From IMG/VR virus record IMGVR_UViG_3300029448_000039, positions 1-58,272 of that record: a stretch of DNA of 58,272 nucleotides. One strand, written 5' to 3'. Both the position numbers and the translations under genes were made by a program. Each line of letters begins with the position of its first letter. The stretch's first letter is position 1. Under the pieces are notes generated by a model. It was not told the DNA's origin. It saw only the letters and a list, made by a program, of their open reading frames with translations, and searched no databases. The DNA comes from a virus. Its lineage: Duplodnaviria; Caudoviricetes. Below are positions 27,310 through 37,928 of this stretch, one piece after another.

Positions 27310-27537
27310 GGTATGCGTGTATGTGTAGGCAGGCATTATGCACCCCCACACCCCCCTGTGCGCAGGCGCGGAGTCCCACATGTACACATATATATGAATT
27401 CAAATAAACAGGCAGGTTAATTTATGATTTGATGAACAATGGGTTTACACATACCTACCCCTTTGTTTTGAAAAAAAGAGTTGACAATATTTTATGAAAA
27501 ATTTTATACCAAAAAAAACGAGCATGTTGTAAACCCC

Positions 27538-29061
27538 ATGTTAGTTTCTGATAAATACAATGAGATAAAAAAGAAGTTGACACCTGATGTCATGGCTAAT
27601 CTGTCTGGTACTGAGAGAGATGAGATATCTTCTATGTTATCTGCATTGGAGACTGAGGTTAGACGTGAGAAAACACATGAATCCTTTTTAGCTTTCGCTA
27701 AAGAGGTATGGGAGCCTTTTATATGTGGTAGACATCATGAGAAGATGGCTGATGCGTTTGAGAGAGTCGCTAAAGGCGATTTAAAGAGACTTATGATTAA
27801 CATGCCTCCTCGTATGGGTAAGTCTCAATTAACCTCGTGGTTGCTCCCTGCGTGGATTATGGGACGTTCTCCTGAGAAGAAGATCATTATGGCATCTCAC
27901 ACTGCCGAACTTGCCCTGCGTTTTGGTCGTATGGTGAGAAACCTGATTGGAAGTGAAGAGTTTACTAATCTATTTCCTAAAGTGTCTCTTACAGCAGACT
28001 CAAAAGCAGCTGGTCGTTTCGATGTGTCTGGTGGTGGTGAATACTTCTCAGTTGGTGTCGGTGGTGCAGTAACTGGTCGTGGTGCGGATCTACTTGTTAT
28101 TGATGATCCTCATTCCGAACAGCAGGGACAGCAAGCTGATCCTAAAATCTTTGACAGCACATTCGATTGGTTTACATCGGGTCCCAGACAGCGTTTACAA
28201 CCCGGTGGTGCAATCATCATCGTAATGACTCGCTGGAGCATGAAGGACTTATGTGGTCACATTATGCGTGACAGTCTCATGCGCGAAGGTTCAGATGAGT
28301 GGGAAGTCATTGAATTCCCTGCTATTTTACCATCTGGCAATAGTCTTTGGCAAGAGTTTTGGCCCATAGAAGAACTAGAAAAGATCAAAGCAACACTGCC
28401 TATTAGTAAGTGGGAAGCTCAGTATCAACAGAAACCTACATCAGAAGAAAGCGCAATAATTAAACGTGAGTGGTGGAAAAAATGGGAACACAATAATCCT
28501 CCTGCTGTTTCTTTTGTTATTCAATCATGGGATACAGCATTCTTAAAACATGAACAGGCAGACTATTCAGCTTGCACAACATGGGGTGTTTTTTATGCTG
28601 ATAATGAAGAAGGGTATTCAGCACCTCAGATTATATTGCTTGATGCAATACAAGAACGATTAGAGTTTCCTGAATTAAAAGCAAGAGCGTTAGAGATGTA
28701 TAAATATTGGAATCCAGACAGTTGTGTTATAGAAGCAAAAGCAGCTGGTGCTCCATTAGTACAAGAGCTAAGAAGGGCAGGGATCTTAGTAACTGAGTAC
28801 ACTCCGACTCGTGGCAATGATAAAATATCAAGAGTCAATGCTGTTTCTGATTTTTTTGCATCAGGTGTAGTATGGTGTCCTCAAACAAGATGGGCAGAAG
28901 AAGTTGTAGAACAATTTGCAGCTTTTCCTGTTGGAGATCATGATGATTTGGTAGACTCATCTACACAAGCTTTGTTAAGGTTTAGGCAGGGTGGGTTTAT
29001 TTCACTTGACCATGATGAAGAAATGGGTAGTGATGTACCAGTTATTGCTAACTATTATTAA
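27538..29061 (+). CDS. terL: Terminase large subunit (start uncertain)
   Basis: MPPRMGKS, GRGADLLVIDDP, VMTRW, SWDTA, IEAKAAG, HDDLVDS. Confidence 0.95.
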   Translation: MLVSDKYNEIKKKLTPDVMANLSGTERDEISSMLSALETEVRREKTHESFLAFAKEVWEPFICGRHHEKMADAFERVAKGDLKRLMINMPPRMGKSQLTSWLLPAWIMGRSPEKKIIMASHTAELALRFGRMVRNLIGSEEFTNLFPKVSLTADSKAAGRFDVSGGGEYFSVGVGGAVTGRGADLLVIDDPHSEQQGQQADPKIFDSTFDWFTSGPRQRLQPGGAIIIVMTRWSMKDLCGHIMRDSLMREGSDEWEVIEFPAILPSGNSLWQEFWPIEELEKIKATLPISKWEAQYQQKPTSEESAIIKREWWKKWEHNNPPAVSFVIQSWDTAFLKHEQADYSACTTWGVFYADNEEGYSAPQIILLDAIQERLEFPELKARALEMYKYWNPDSCVIEAKAAGAPLVQELRRAGILVTEYTPTRGNDKISRVNAVSDFFASGVVWCPQTRWAEEVVEQFAAFPVGDHDDLVDSSTQALLRFRQGGFISLDHDEEMGSDVPVIANYY

Positions 29062-29095
29062 GTTGTTTAAACTATAATATTCTATAGGAAAATAT

Positions 29096-31615
29096 ATGGC
29101 TGTCGATAAAGCACTTACAGGTTTAGAAATGTCAGACATGCAACAACGCATGAAGGACAATGAAGAAACAGTAGAAATAAGCATTGAAAATCCAGATTCA
29201 GTTGCTATTGAAACAGAAGATGGTGGATTGTTAATTGATTTTGATCCAGATTCTATGAATGAAGAGTTAGAGTTTGGTTCAAATTTAGCTGATTTTGTAG
29301 ATGAAGATGTTTTATCTGCATTAGGTACTGAGTTAGTTAGTGCATATGAAAGTGATAAATCTTCTCGTAAGGATTGGGAAAAGTCTTACATGAAAGGTTT
29401 AGAGCAACTTGGATTAAAAGCTGAAGATAGAACAACACCATGGCCCGGAGCTTGCGGTGTTCATCATCCTTTACTGTCTGAAGCTGTAGTAAGATTTCAA
29501 TCTCAAGCAATTACAGAAATATTTCCAGCATCAGGACCTGCAAAAACTAAAATTGTAGGCAAAATTACTCCAGAAAAAGAAAAACAATCACATAGAATTC
29601 AAGATTACATGAATTATCTGCTTACTGATCGCATGACAGAGTATAGAAGCGAGATGGAAAGGCTTTTATTTTCTCTTCCTTTAGCTGGTAGTGCATTCAA
29701 AAAGATTTATTATGATCAAGCAATGCAAAGACCTTGTGCAATGTTTATTCCATCAGAAGATATGGTAGTTTTTAATGGTGCATCAGACATAACATCAGTA
29801 ACAAGACTCACTCATGTCATGAGAAAAAGTAAAAATGAGATTAGGAAACTACAAGTCAATGGTTTTTATCGTGATATTGAATTAATTAGTTATGATTTAG
29901 ACTTAGATGATGTAAGAGAAAAGTATGGAGATCTAACTGGAGACAAAATTTCTAAATCTAGCTCAGGTGGGACATATTTATCAGGCGATTCTATACATAC
30001 TTTGTTAGAAATGCATGTAGAACTAGACTTAGATGGCTTTGAAGATGAAAAAGATGGAGAAGTTACAGGTATTGCATTGCCTTATGTGGTTACTGTAGAT
30101 AGAGATACCTCAGCAATCCTTTCTATACGAAGAAATTGGTTTGAAGATGATGAAGAGCATATGAGAAGAGATCATTTTGTTCATTATGAGTATTTACCCG
30201 GTTTAGGATTCTATGGTTTAGGTTTAATACACCTAATTGGTGGCTTAGTTAAGTCTGCAACAAGCTTGCTTAGGCAATTAGTTGATGCAGGTACACTTGC
30301 TAACTTACCCGGTGGTTTAAAAACTAGAGGCATGAGAGTAAAAGGTGATGATACACCTATTATGCCCGGTGAATTTAGAGATGTAGACGTTCCGGGTGGA
30401 ACTATTAGAGAAAATATTTCATTTTTACCACACAAAGAGCCATCGCCTACATTATTTCAGTTATTAGGCAATATAGTTGAAGAAGGTAGAAGGTTTGCTG
30501 CTATTACTGATGTAAAAGCTTCTGATATGAACTCACAAGCACCAGTAGGAACTACTTTGGCTATTTTAGAAAAGAATATGAAGGTTATGTCTGCTATACA
30601 ATCTAGATTGCATGCTTCTATGAAAAAAGAATTAGCTATATTAGTAAATGTAATTAAAGACTTTGGTCCTACATCATATCCATATGAATTAGATGATGAT
30701 GAAAAGAGTAGTTTAGAAAAAGATTTTGATGAAAGAGTAGATGTAATACCAGTTTCTAATCCAAATGCTGCTACTATGGGGCAAAGAATAATGCAATATC
30801 AATCAGCATTACAACTTTCTGCACAAGCACCACAACTATATAATATGCCTACTTTACATAGGCAAATGTTAGAAGTGTTAGGTATAAGTGATGTAGAGCA
30901 AATAGTTCCAATGACTGATGAGATTAAACCTAAAGATCCAGTTCAAGAAAATATGGATATTCTAAATGGTAAACCTGTTAAAGCATTCGAGTATCAAGAT
31001 CATGATGCTCATATCAAAGCACATATGACAATAATGCAAGATCCTGAAATGATACAAATGATGGAAGCTTCACCAATGGCACAATCAATACAAGGAGCGT
31101 TCCAAGCACATATAACAGAACACTTAGCATTTAAGTATCGCAAAGAAATAGAACAAGAGTTAGGAATAGAGTTACCTCCAATAGGTATGGAGCTACCTCC
31201 AGAAATAGAAAATAGATTATCAGCATTGATAGCTGAAGCATCTGAACAATTACTTGGTAAACAACAACAAGAACAACAACAACAAATGAATGAACAAGCT
31301 ATGCAAGATCCTGTAGTTCAAATGCAAAGAGAAGAAATAGAAATAGAGAAACAAAAAGCACAATCTAAAGCACAAACAGATCAAGCTAAATTATTACTCG
31401 ATGCTAGAAAAGAAGAAATGAGAAATGAAATAGAAAAACTTAAAATTGAAACAACTGAAAGAATCGAGGGTGCAAAAATTGGAGCTAAGATTGCTGAAAG
31501 ACAAGCTGACTTAAATGTAAAAGAGCAAAAAATTTCAGCAGATCAAGAAACAAAAGGCGCAGAGATTGGAAGTAGAATTGCAGATCAATTATTAAAAGGT
31601 GATAATAATGGTTGA
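29096..31615 (+). CDS. Portal protein
   Basis: 839 aa after terL; PWPGACGVHHPLL, RQLVDAGTLANLPGG; coiled-coil C-terminus. Confidence 0.9.
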   Translation: MAVDKALTGLEMSDMQQRMKDNEETVEISIENPDSVAIETEDGGLLIDFDPDSMNEELEFGSNLADFVDEDVLSALGTELVSAYESDKSSRKDWEKSYMKGLEQLGLKAEDRTTPWPGACGVHHPLLSEAVVRFQSQAITEIFPASGPAKTKIVGKITPEKEKQSHRIQDYMNYLLTDRMTEYRSEMERLLFSLPLAGSAFKKIYYDQAMQRPCAMFIPSEDMVVFNGASDITSVTRLTHVMRKSKNEIRKLQVNGFYRDIELISYDLDLDDVREKYGDLTGDKISKSSSGGTYLSGDSIHTLLEMHVELDLDGFEDEKDGEVTGIALPYVVTVDRDTSAILSIRRNWFEDDEEHMRRDHFVHYEYLPGLGFYGLGLIHLIGGLVKSATSLLRQLVDAGTLANLPGGLKTRGMRVKGDDTPIMPGEFRDVDVPGGTIRENISFLPHKEPSPTLFQLLGNIVEEGRRFAAITDVKASDMNSQAPVGTTLAILEKNMKVMSAIQSRLHASMKKELAILVNVIKDFGPTSYPYELDDDEKSSLEKDFDERVDVIPVSNPNAATMGQRIMQYQSALQLSAQAPQLYNMPTLHRQMLEVLGISDVEQIVPMTDEIKPKDPVQENMDILNGKPVKAFEYQDHDAHIKAHMTIMQDPEMIQMMEASPMAQSIQGAFQAHITEHLAFKYRKEIEQELGIELPPIGMELPPEIENRLSALIAEASEQLLGKQQQEQQQQMNEQAMQDPVVQMQREEIEIEKQKAQSKAQTDQAKLLLDARKEEMRNEIEKLKIETTERIEGAKIGAKIAERQADLNVKEQKISADQETKGAEIGSRIADQLLKGDNNG

Positions 31616-31802
31616 CACAAGATTCGCTGATTTGTTAATCTCACGTTTAAACGAGACAGAAGATTTATTACAAGAAAGTATTTTATCAGGTTCTATAAAA
31701 AACTTTGAAGAATACAACCTTAATAGAGGAAAGCTCGAAGGTATAAAACTAGCAAAACGAGATATTGAAGAAATAATGAATCAAGTTTTGATAGAAGATT
31801 GA
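31608..31802 (+). CDS. Small conserved protein after portal
   Basis: NFEEYNLNRGKLEGIKLA. Confidence 0.7.
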   Translation: MVDTRFADLLISRLNETEDLLQESILSGSIKNFEEYNLNRGKLEGIKLAKRDIEEIMNQVLIED

Positions 31803-31868
31803 TTTCGCCCGAAGGGTGCAAGGAGTTCTCCACTTCTCCTTTTAAGTGGTGCAATGAGGACATCAGAA

Positions 31869-32243
31869 ATGGCATTAGCAGAAGCTACTGATATAAAACA
31901 AAGCAAGAAAGGACTACAGTTACCAGTTCCTACTGGTTACAGAATTTTAATAGGATTACCAGATGTTGAAGAAAAAACAGATGGTGGAATATTAAAAGCA
32001 TCACAAACATTAGAAAATGAACATGTATCTTCTATTGTTGGTTTTGTTCTAGATATGGGTCCTGACTGCTATAAAGATAAACAAAGATTCCCTGATGGTG
32101 CTTGGTGTAAGGAAGGTGATTTTATAATCATGAGAGCTTACAGTGGCACTAGATTTAAAATTCATGGAAAAGAGTTTAGACTTATCAATGACGATACTGT
32201 TGAAGCTGTGGTAGATGATCCGAGAGGAATTACTCGTGGATAA
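31869..32243 (+). CDS. GroES-like co-chaperonin
   Basis: PTGYRILI, EEKTDGGI, VLDMGPDCY, KEGD, EFRLINDD. Confidence 0.85.
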   Translation: MALAEATDIKQSKKGLQLPVPTGYRILIGLPDVEEKTDGGILKASQTLENEHVSSIVGFVLDMGPDCYKDKQRFPDGAWCKEGDFIIMRAYSGTRFKIHGKEFRLINDDTVEAVVDDPRGITRG

Positions 32244-33171
32244 TCAAGAAGCACAAATTCTGCCTGATGAAGCAGATGTAATGAAAGTCGATAGCGATAT
32301 TGATCTAGAAATAGTTGATGATCGACCAGAAGAAGATCAAAGACCTGCTAGACAAGCTACTGATGATGATAATTTTGATATTAATGAAGAAATTGATGGT
32401 GTAGATGATCGTGTTAAAAAACGTATTAATCGTTTGAAATACGAATATCATGAGCAAAGAAGAGCTAAAGAAGAAAACGAAAGAATTCGTGACGAAGCTG
32501 TTCAATATGCCAAAAAGATTCAAGAAGAAAACGCTAAGTTATCAGATATTGTTAATCGCAGTGAAGAAGCTTTAATTAAAAGTGTGTCTACTAAAGCTGA
32601 TGCTGAAATAGAAGCAGCTAAACAAGCTTACAAAAAAGCTTATGATGAAGGCGATTCTGAAGCATTAGTAAAAGCACAAGAGCAATTAACTAGAGCACAG
32701 ACTGACAAAACATATTTAAATAATTATCAACCTCAACCACAAAAAGTTGAGCCAGCTCAGTCTTTTGATCAGCAACCACCTAATGTTGATCAAAAAACTA
32801 AAGATTGGATGGCAAAGAATGTATGGTTTGGTAGTCCCGGTTATGAAAAGATTACTGGATTTACTCTTGGTATTCATGAAGATTTAAAAAATAAAGGCAT
32901 AACTTCAGCAGATAATGTTTATTTTGAAACAATTAACTCTGAGTTAAGTCAAACTTTTCCGCAAGTTTTTAATGCACAAAACATAGAAAACACTGCGCAA
33001 CCACAAAGCAATAAAAAAAGAACTAACACGGTAGTAGCCTCAGCACAAAGAGATGGCAAAAATCCGCGCAAAATACAGCTTACACAGACTCAATTAAAAC
33101 TCGCTAAAAGATTGGGAATTACCCCTTTAGACTATGCCAAACAAATTGCTAAGGAGAAAAGACGTGGCTGA
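32236..33171 (+). CDS. Capsid scaffolding protein
   Basis: Acidic N-terminus, coiled coil, C-terminal LTQTQLKLAKRLGITPLDYAK. Confidence 0.75.
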   Translation: MDNQEAQILPDEADVMKVDSDIDLEIVDDRPEEDQRPARQATDDDNFDINEEIDGVDDRVKKRINRLKYEYHEQRRAKEENERIRDEAVQYAKKIQEENAKLSDIVNRSEEALIKSVSTKADAEIEAAKQAYKKAYDEGDSEALVKAQEQLTRAQTDKTYLNNYQPQPQKVEPAQSFDQQPPNVDQKTKDWMAKNVWFGSPGYEKITGFTLGIHEDLKNKGITSADNVYFETINSELSQTFPQVFNAQNIENTAQPQSNKKRTNTVVASAQRDGKNPRKIQLTQTQLKLAKRLGITPLDYAKQIAKEKRRG

Positions 33172-33640
33172 TATTAAACAAAACCAAAAAGACGAGCGCA
33201 ACTCACGCGACTTGGAAACAAGAAGCGAAACAACAAGACCTGAAACTTGGACACCTCCTCCATTGTTACCAGATCCAACACCACAAAAAGGTTGGGCATT
33301 TAGATGGATTAGAACAAGTATGGTTGGCAAAGCTGACAATACTAATGTTTCTATGAGATTTAGAGAAGGCTGGGAAGCAGTGAAAGCTGAGGATCATCCT
33401 GAACTTTCTGTGATTTCTGATCACGAATCTAAGTTCCCCGGATGTGTCGAAGTAGGTGGATTGTTATTATGTAAAGCTCCAGAAGAAATGGCTGTGCAAA
33501 GACAAGCTCATTATGAGAATAAAGCACAGCAACAGATGGAGAGTGTTGATCATCAGTATATGAGAGAAAATGATCCACGGATGCCTGTATTGCGCCCTGA
33601 TCGTAAATCTCGGACTACTTTTGGTCGTGGCGGTTCGTAA
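33164..33640 (+). CDS. Conserved head-module protein
   Basis: WTPPPLLP, FRWIR, REGWE, GGLLLCK. Confidence 0.7.
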   Translation: MADIKQNQKDERNSRDLETRSETTRPETWTPPPLLPDPTPQKGWAFRWIRTSMVGKADNTNVSMRFREGWEAVKAEDHPELSVISDHESKFPGCVEVGGLLLCKAPEEMAVQRQAHYENKAQQQMESVDHQYMRENDPRMPVLRPDRKSRTTFGRGGS

Positions 33641-33670
33641 GAACTTAAACTATTATTAGAGGAAGATAAC

Positions 33671-34249
33671 ATGGCTACAACAGCAGCTCCTTATGGTGCT
33701 AGACCAGTTGGTACTCTTTCTGCTAGTGGTTCTTTTACTGGAAAAACAACGCAGATTAAAGTTGCATCAGGCTATGCTACATCTATTTTTCATGGTGATT
33801 TTGTGAAAATGGTGTCAGCAGGTACAGTCGAAAAAGATGCAGGTACTACCGCTCTAACATGCATAGGTATATTTTTAGGATGCAAGTACACTGATCCTAA
33901 TACAAATCAAATGACATTCAATCAATACTGGCCCGCTAGTACAGTGGCTTCAGATGCGGTTGCTTATGTCTTAACCGATCCAAATGCAACATTTATGATG
34001 CAAGGTGATGCTACAATCGCACAGACAGCACTTGGTGCTAACTTTGCAGTTGTGCAAACTGCTGGATCTACTTCAATCGGCAAAAGTAAAAATGCTTGTG
34101 ATGCTTCAACAGTCGCAACCACTAATACTTTGCCACTTAGAATTGTCGATTTCGTTGACGGACCGACTTCATCTATAGGTGATGCTTTTACAGACGCTAT
34201 ATATAAAGTCAATGTTGGTCATCAACTCGTCAATACCACTGGCGTATAG
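33671..34249 (+). CDS. Putative capsid decoration/cement protein
   Basis: Beta-rich, Ala/Thr/Gly-rich; immediately precedes the MCP. Confidence 0.65.
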   Translation: MATTAAPYGARPVGTLSASGSFTGKTTQIKVASGYATSIFHGDFVKMVSAGTVEKDAGTTALTCIGIFLGCKYTDPNTNQMTFNQYWPASTVASDAVAYVLTDPNATFMMQGDATIAQTALGANFAVVQTAGSTSIGKSKNACDASTVATTNTLPLRIVDFVDGPTSSIGDAFTDAIYKVNVGHQLVNTTGV

Positions 34250-34262
34250 GAGGATTTAAACT

Positions 34263-35201
34263 ATGGCTATTTCAAGAGCGCAAATGCTTAAAGAACTCCT
34301 ACCGGGGCTTAATGCCTTGTTTGGTTTGGAGTATGAAAAATACGAAGATGAGCACACAGCCATCTATGAAACTGAAGCTTCTGATCGTTCATTCGAGGAA
34401 GAAGTAAAGCTCAGTGGATTTGCTGCAGCTCCTGTTAAAGATGAAGGCAATGCAATCAGTTATGATTCAGCGCAAGAAGCTTTTACAGCAAGATACAACC
34501 ACGAAACTATTGCAATGGGATTCGCAATTACAGAAGAGGCTATGGAAGATAATCTATATGACTCTTTGTCAGCGCGATATACTAAAGCTCTAGCTCGTGC
34601 AATGGCTTATACTAAACAGGTTAAAGCCGCTAACCCACTTAACAATGGATTTTCTAACAGTTTCCAAACTGGTGATGGTGTAAACTTGTTTACAACTTCT
34701 GGTGATGGAGTAACTGGTGGTGATGGACACCCATTAGTAAGTGGTGGAAAAAATGGTAATAGACCTGCAACTGGTGCTGATCTTAATGAGACTTCACTAG
34801 AAGCAGCTGTTATTCAAATAGCAGGATGGACTGATGAGAGAGGACTACTAATTGCAGCTAGACCTCGTAGACTTATTGTTCCACCTAATCTAATGTTTGT
34901 TGCAACTCGTGTCCTAGAGACAGAAGGTCGTACAGCAACTGCTGACAACGATCTTAATGCGATTCGCGCAAATGGTACTATTCCTGAAGGATATTCAGTA
35001 AACCACTACTTAACAGATACTAATGCGTGGTTCCTTACTACTGACATTCCTAATGGTCTAAAGCACTTTGAGCGTACACCATTAGATACAAGTATGGATG
35101 GAGACTTTGATACAGGTAATGTTCGCTATAAAGCTAGAGAGCGTTACTCATTCGGAGTATCAGATCCACTAGGTTTATTCGGTTCCCCCGGATCGTCATA
35201 A
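34263..35201 (+). CDS. Major capsid protein
   Basis: MAISRAQMLKELLPGLNALFGLEY...DFDTGNVRYKARERYSFG; followed by a terminator. Confidence 0.92.
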   Translation: MAISRAQMLKELLPGLNALFGLEYEKYEDEHTAIYETEASDRSFEEEVKLSGFAAAPVKDEGNAISYDSAQEAFTARYNHETIAMGFAITEEAMEDNLYDSLSARYTKALARAMAYTKQVKAANPLNNGFSNSFQTGDGVNLFTTSGDGVTGGDGHPLVSGGKNGNRPATGADLNETSLEAAVIQIAGWTDERGLLIAARPRRLIVPPNLMFVATRVLETEGRTATADNDLNAIRANGTIPEGYSVNHYLTDTNAWFLTTDIPNGLKHFERTPLDTSMDGDFDTGNVRYKARERYSFGVSDPLGLFGSPGSS

Positions 35202-35212
35202 GCTGACTCATG

Positions 35213-35238
35213 AGGGGGGAAGTAATTCCCCCTTTTTT
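35213..35238 (+). terminator. Intrinsic terminator after MCP
   Basis: GGGGGAA-GTAA-TTCCCCC followed by T6. Confidence 0.85.
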
Positions 35239-35293
35239 ATTAATCCTGACTACTATATGATGTAGTAGACAATTGCCAAGACAGGAGAATTAA

Positions 35294-35842
35294 ATGGCTA
35301 ACACAACTTTTAACGGACCAGTTCGGTCAAAAAATGGCTTCAAAGTCATTTCAGAAAATTCCAGTACAGGAGCTATAACTGATGTAGTAGATATTGCTTC
35401 AACTGGTATTGTTACAAATAAATATGTAAAACACGTTGGTTTTGCAACAGGTGTAACAGTAAATACTACAGCAGGAGATAGTCCAGCTATAGGTGAATTC
35501 ACACAACCAGCTAATACAATTATTACAGATATTAAAATATTCTGTGATACTGCTCCAGTAATAGGAACAGGAGATATTGGTTACGAAGTGGGAACAAGTA
35601 GTTCTGGTGCACAAATAGTAGCAGCTCAGACTGATGAAATACTTGATGGTGGTACAACTGTTGTCGAGCATAATGTAACTGTGACCAGTTTAGTTCTACA
35701 AACTCAAGATGGAACAACAGCTCCAGCTTCAGTACAGTATACTTCTGCTGCAAGAACTATTTACTGCAACATTACTAATACAGTAGATGCTACAACTGCT
35801 GGTTCATTTACATTTATAATAGAATACGTTCAAATAGCGTAA
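35294..35842 (+). CDS. Virion structural protein
   Basis: MANTTFNGPVRS.NGF N-terminus; Thr-rich. Confidence 0.7.
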   Translation: MANTTFNGPVRSKNGFKVISENSSTGAITDVVDIASTGIVTNKYVKHVGFATGVTVNTTAGDSPAIGEFTQPANTIITDIKIFCDTAPVIGTGDIGYEVGTSSSGAQIVAAQTDEILDGGTTVVEHNVTVTSLVLQTQDGTTAPASVQYTSAARTIYCNITNTVDATTAGSFTFIIEYVQIA

Positions 35843-35854
35843 TAGGAGTAAATT

Positions 35855-36472
35855 ATGGGAACTAGCTCAGATATAAAAGCTACAACCATTACAGCAGACA
35901 CTGTAGCTCTAGATGCTGATGGTATAAGCACAGCTGCCTCAGTTGGAAATAACGCAGCACTTACTATAGGTGGTGCATTAGCTGATAGCGGTTCTGTTAC
36001 TCTTAGTCATGGTAGAATTGTAACTATTCTATCTGCTGGTGACGATTCTGGTATTTCTTTTACAGTAGTTGGAACTGATGTAAATGGAGATGCTCAAACA
36101 GAAACAATCACTGGTGCTAATGCTGGCACAGCAACTGGAAGTAAATATTTTCTAACAATAACAAGCATTACAGCAGTAGGTAATCCAGCAGGTAATGTAT
36201 CTGCTGGCATAAATGCCTCTGCTTCAGATGTTATTTTTGCAGGAAGATCTAGACTTAGAGGTGCTTATTACACGAGTACAGCGACAGCAGGGACAGTAGA
36301 TTTACTTAATACATCCCCTACTGGCTCAAGTATTATGAAGATAAGCTCAGTTGCTTCAGCTACAGCTACTAGAAACATTACAGTGCCTTCTGATGGTGTA
36401 TTATTCGATAGTGGTATATATATTCAATATACTGTTTCTACATTTTTAACTCTTACAATATTTCATGCTTAG
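35855..36472 (+). CDS. Virion structural protein
   Basis: Ala/Thr/Gly-rich beta protein. Confidence 0.7.
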   Translation: MGTSSDIKATTITADTVALDADGISTAASVGNNAALTIGGALADSGSVTLSHGRIVTILSAGDDSGISFTVVGTDVNGDAQTETITGANAGTATGSKYFLTITSITAVGNPAGNVSAGINASASDVIFAGRSRLRGAYYTSTATAGTVDLLNTSPTGSSIMKISSVASATATRNITVPSDGVLFDSGIYIQYTVSTFLTLTIFHA

Positions 36473-36773
36473 TATGAATGCTGATTCAAAAGAGTTAATA
36501 AGAAGAATAGAAACTAAAATAGTAGGTTGTTTATTTTTACTAACTGATCCAATAAAGGGTTCTCCAATTTCTTTATCTTATGATGAAAAAGATAAAAATA
36601 TTATATTTGAAGTTATTGGAGAATCTATATCTATTTCAAACAAAATAAGCGTTGATGTGTTTATGAATTTAAAACCAAAAGATATAACTGAATTAGGTAA
36701 CTCTATGAGTTCTGAATTTGTAAAAGATCAAGAAAAACAAAATAAACCAATATTAAAATTAGTAGGAGGCTAA
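36465..36773 (+). CDS. Hypothetical protein
   Basis: Very AT-rich ORF in the late operon. Confidence 0.6.
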   Translation: MLSMNADSKELIRRIETKIVGCLFLLTDPIKGSPISLSYDEKDKNIIFEVIGESISISNKISVDVFMNLKPKDITELGNSMSSEFVKDQEKQNKPILKLVGG

Positions 36774-36774
36774 A

Positions 36775-37026
36775 ATGCCAAATTTAATGGGAAAAGAATT
36801 TTCATACGATAAAAAAGGTATGAGTGAGTTTCAAAAAGCAAAGAAGAAAATGGACATGATGGGTAAGAAGAATGGCGGTCTTATGAAATATAGAGATGGT
36901 GGTGTCATCGAATATAAAGGTGGCGGTGCTATTCCTGAGCAAGATAGAGTTATGAAAAAATTTGCTATGGGTGGTATGCTCGATAAAGATAAGATGGACA
37001 TGCAAAAAATGGCTAAAATAAAATAA
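36775..37026 (+). CDS. Small Lys/Met-rich protein with repeated xxxGG motifs
   Basis: KKNGG, YRDGG, YKGGG, FAMGG. Confidence 0.7.
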   Translation: MPNLMGKEFSYDKKGMSEFQKAKKKMDMMGKKNGGLMKYRDGGVIEYKGGGAIPEQDRVMKKFAMGGMLDKDKMDMQKMAKIK

Positions 37027-37037
37027 CTGGAGCAACT

Positions 37038-37235
37038 ATGGCTAATAAATATAAAGTTATAGAAAATGGAGTTAGTTTACTTACAGGCAATACGATATAT
37101 CAGATCGCAAATGCAGATGATGAAGTTGTAGATGTAGGACCTTACAACAAAAAAGAAGCAGAATCTGCTTTAAAAGTATTGCAACCAAAAAAAGTAGCTA
37201 AAAAAGTTTCTAAGAAAAAAGCTACTAAGAAGTAA
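37038..37235 (+). CDS. Small protein with Lys-rich tail
   Basis: SD GGAG. Confidence 0.65.
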   Translation: MANKYKVIENGVSLLTGNTIYQIANADDEVVDVGPYNKKEAESALKVLQPKKVAKKVSKKKATKK

Positions 37236-37238
37236 ATA

Positions 37239-37928
37239 ATGGCTACAAGTGGAACATATAACTTCAACTTAGACTTGAGTGACATTGTTGAAGAAGCATT
37301 TGAACGAGCAGGTTTAGAGGCTAGGTCAGGTTATGACTATAGAACAGCAAGAAGAAGTTTAGACTTGATGTTTTTAGAGTGGCAAAATCGTGGTCTTAAT
37401 CTTTGGACAATACAAGAAGGTACTCAAGCACTTACATCTGGCACTTCAAGATATACTTTATCTGGAGATGAGCTAGATATTATTGAAGCATTTGTAAGAG
37501 TTGATGCAGGCAATACTTCAAAACAAACAGATCAAATGTTGACTAGAATATCTATTAGTCAGTTTTCTCATTTAAGTAATAAGTTAGAATCTAGTAAACC
37601 TTTACAATATTGGGTAGAAAGAGATCCTAGTGCAATATCTATAAATTTATGGCCCGTTCCTGATGATGCTCAGACATATACATTGGTTTACTATTATATG
37701 CAAAGAATAGAAGATACAGGCTCAGTAGGCTCAAATAATACTGATGTACCTGTAAGGTTTTTGCCATGTTTGACTGCTGGGTTAGCTTACTATATTAGTC
37801 TAAAAAAACCTGAAGCAACTGAAAGAGCACCTTTGTTGAAGCAAATATATGAAGAGCAATGGAGTTTAGCTTCAGATTCAGATAGAGAAAAAGCATCATT
37901 ATATATGATTCCCGGAGGATATTCTTAA
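37239..37928 (+). CDS. Head-tail adaptor / tail tubular-type protein
   Basis: EEAFERAG..RSGYDYRTARRSL, WQNRGLNLWT, NLWPVPD, RFLPCL.AGLAY. Confidence 0.7.
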   Translation: MATSGTYNFNLDLSDIVEEAFERAGLEARSGYDYRTARRSLDLMFLEWQNRGLNLWTIQEGTQALTSGTSRYTLSGDELDIIEAFVRVDAGNTSKQTDQMLTRISISQFSHLSNKLESSKPLQYWVERDPSAISINLWPVPDDAQTYTLVYYYMQRIEDTGSVGSNNTDVPVRFLPCLTAGLAYYISLKKPEATERAPLLKQIYEEQWSLASDSDREKASLYMIPGGYS

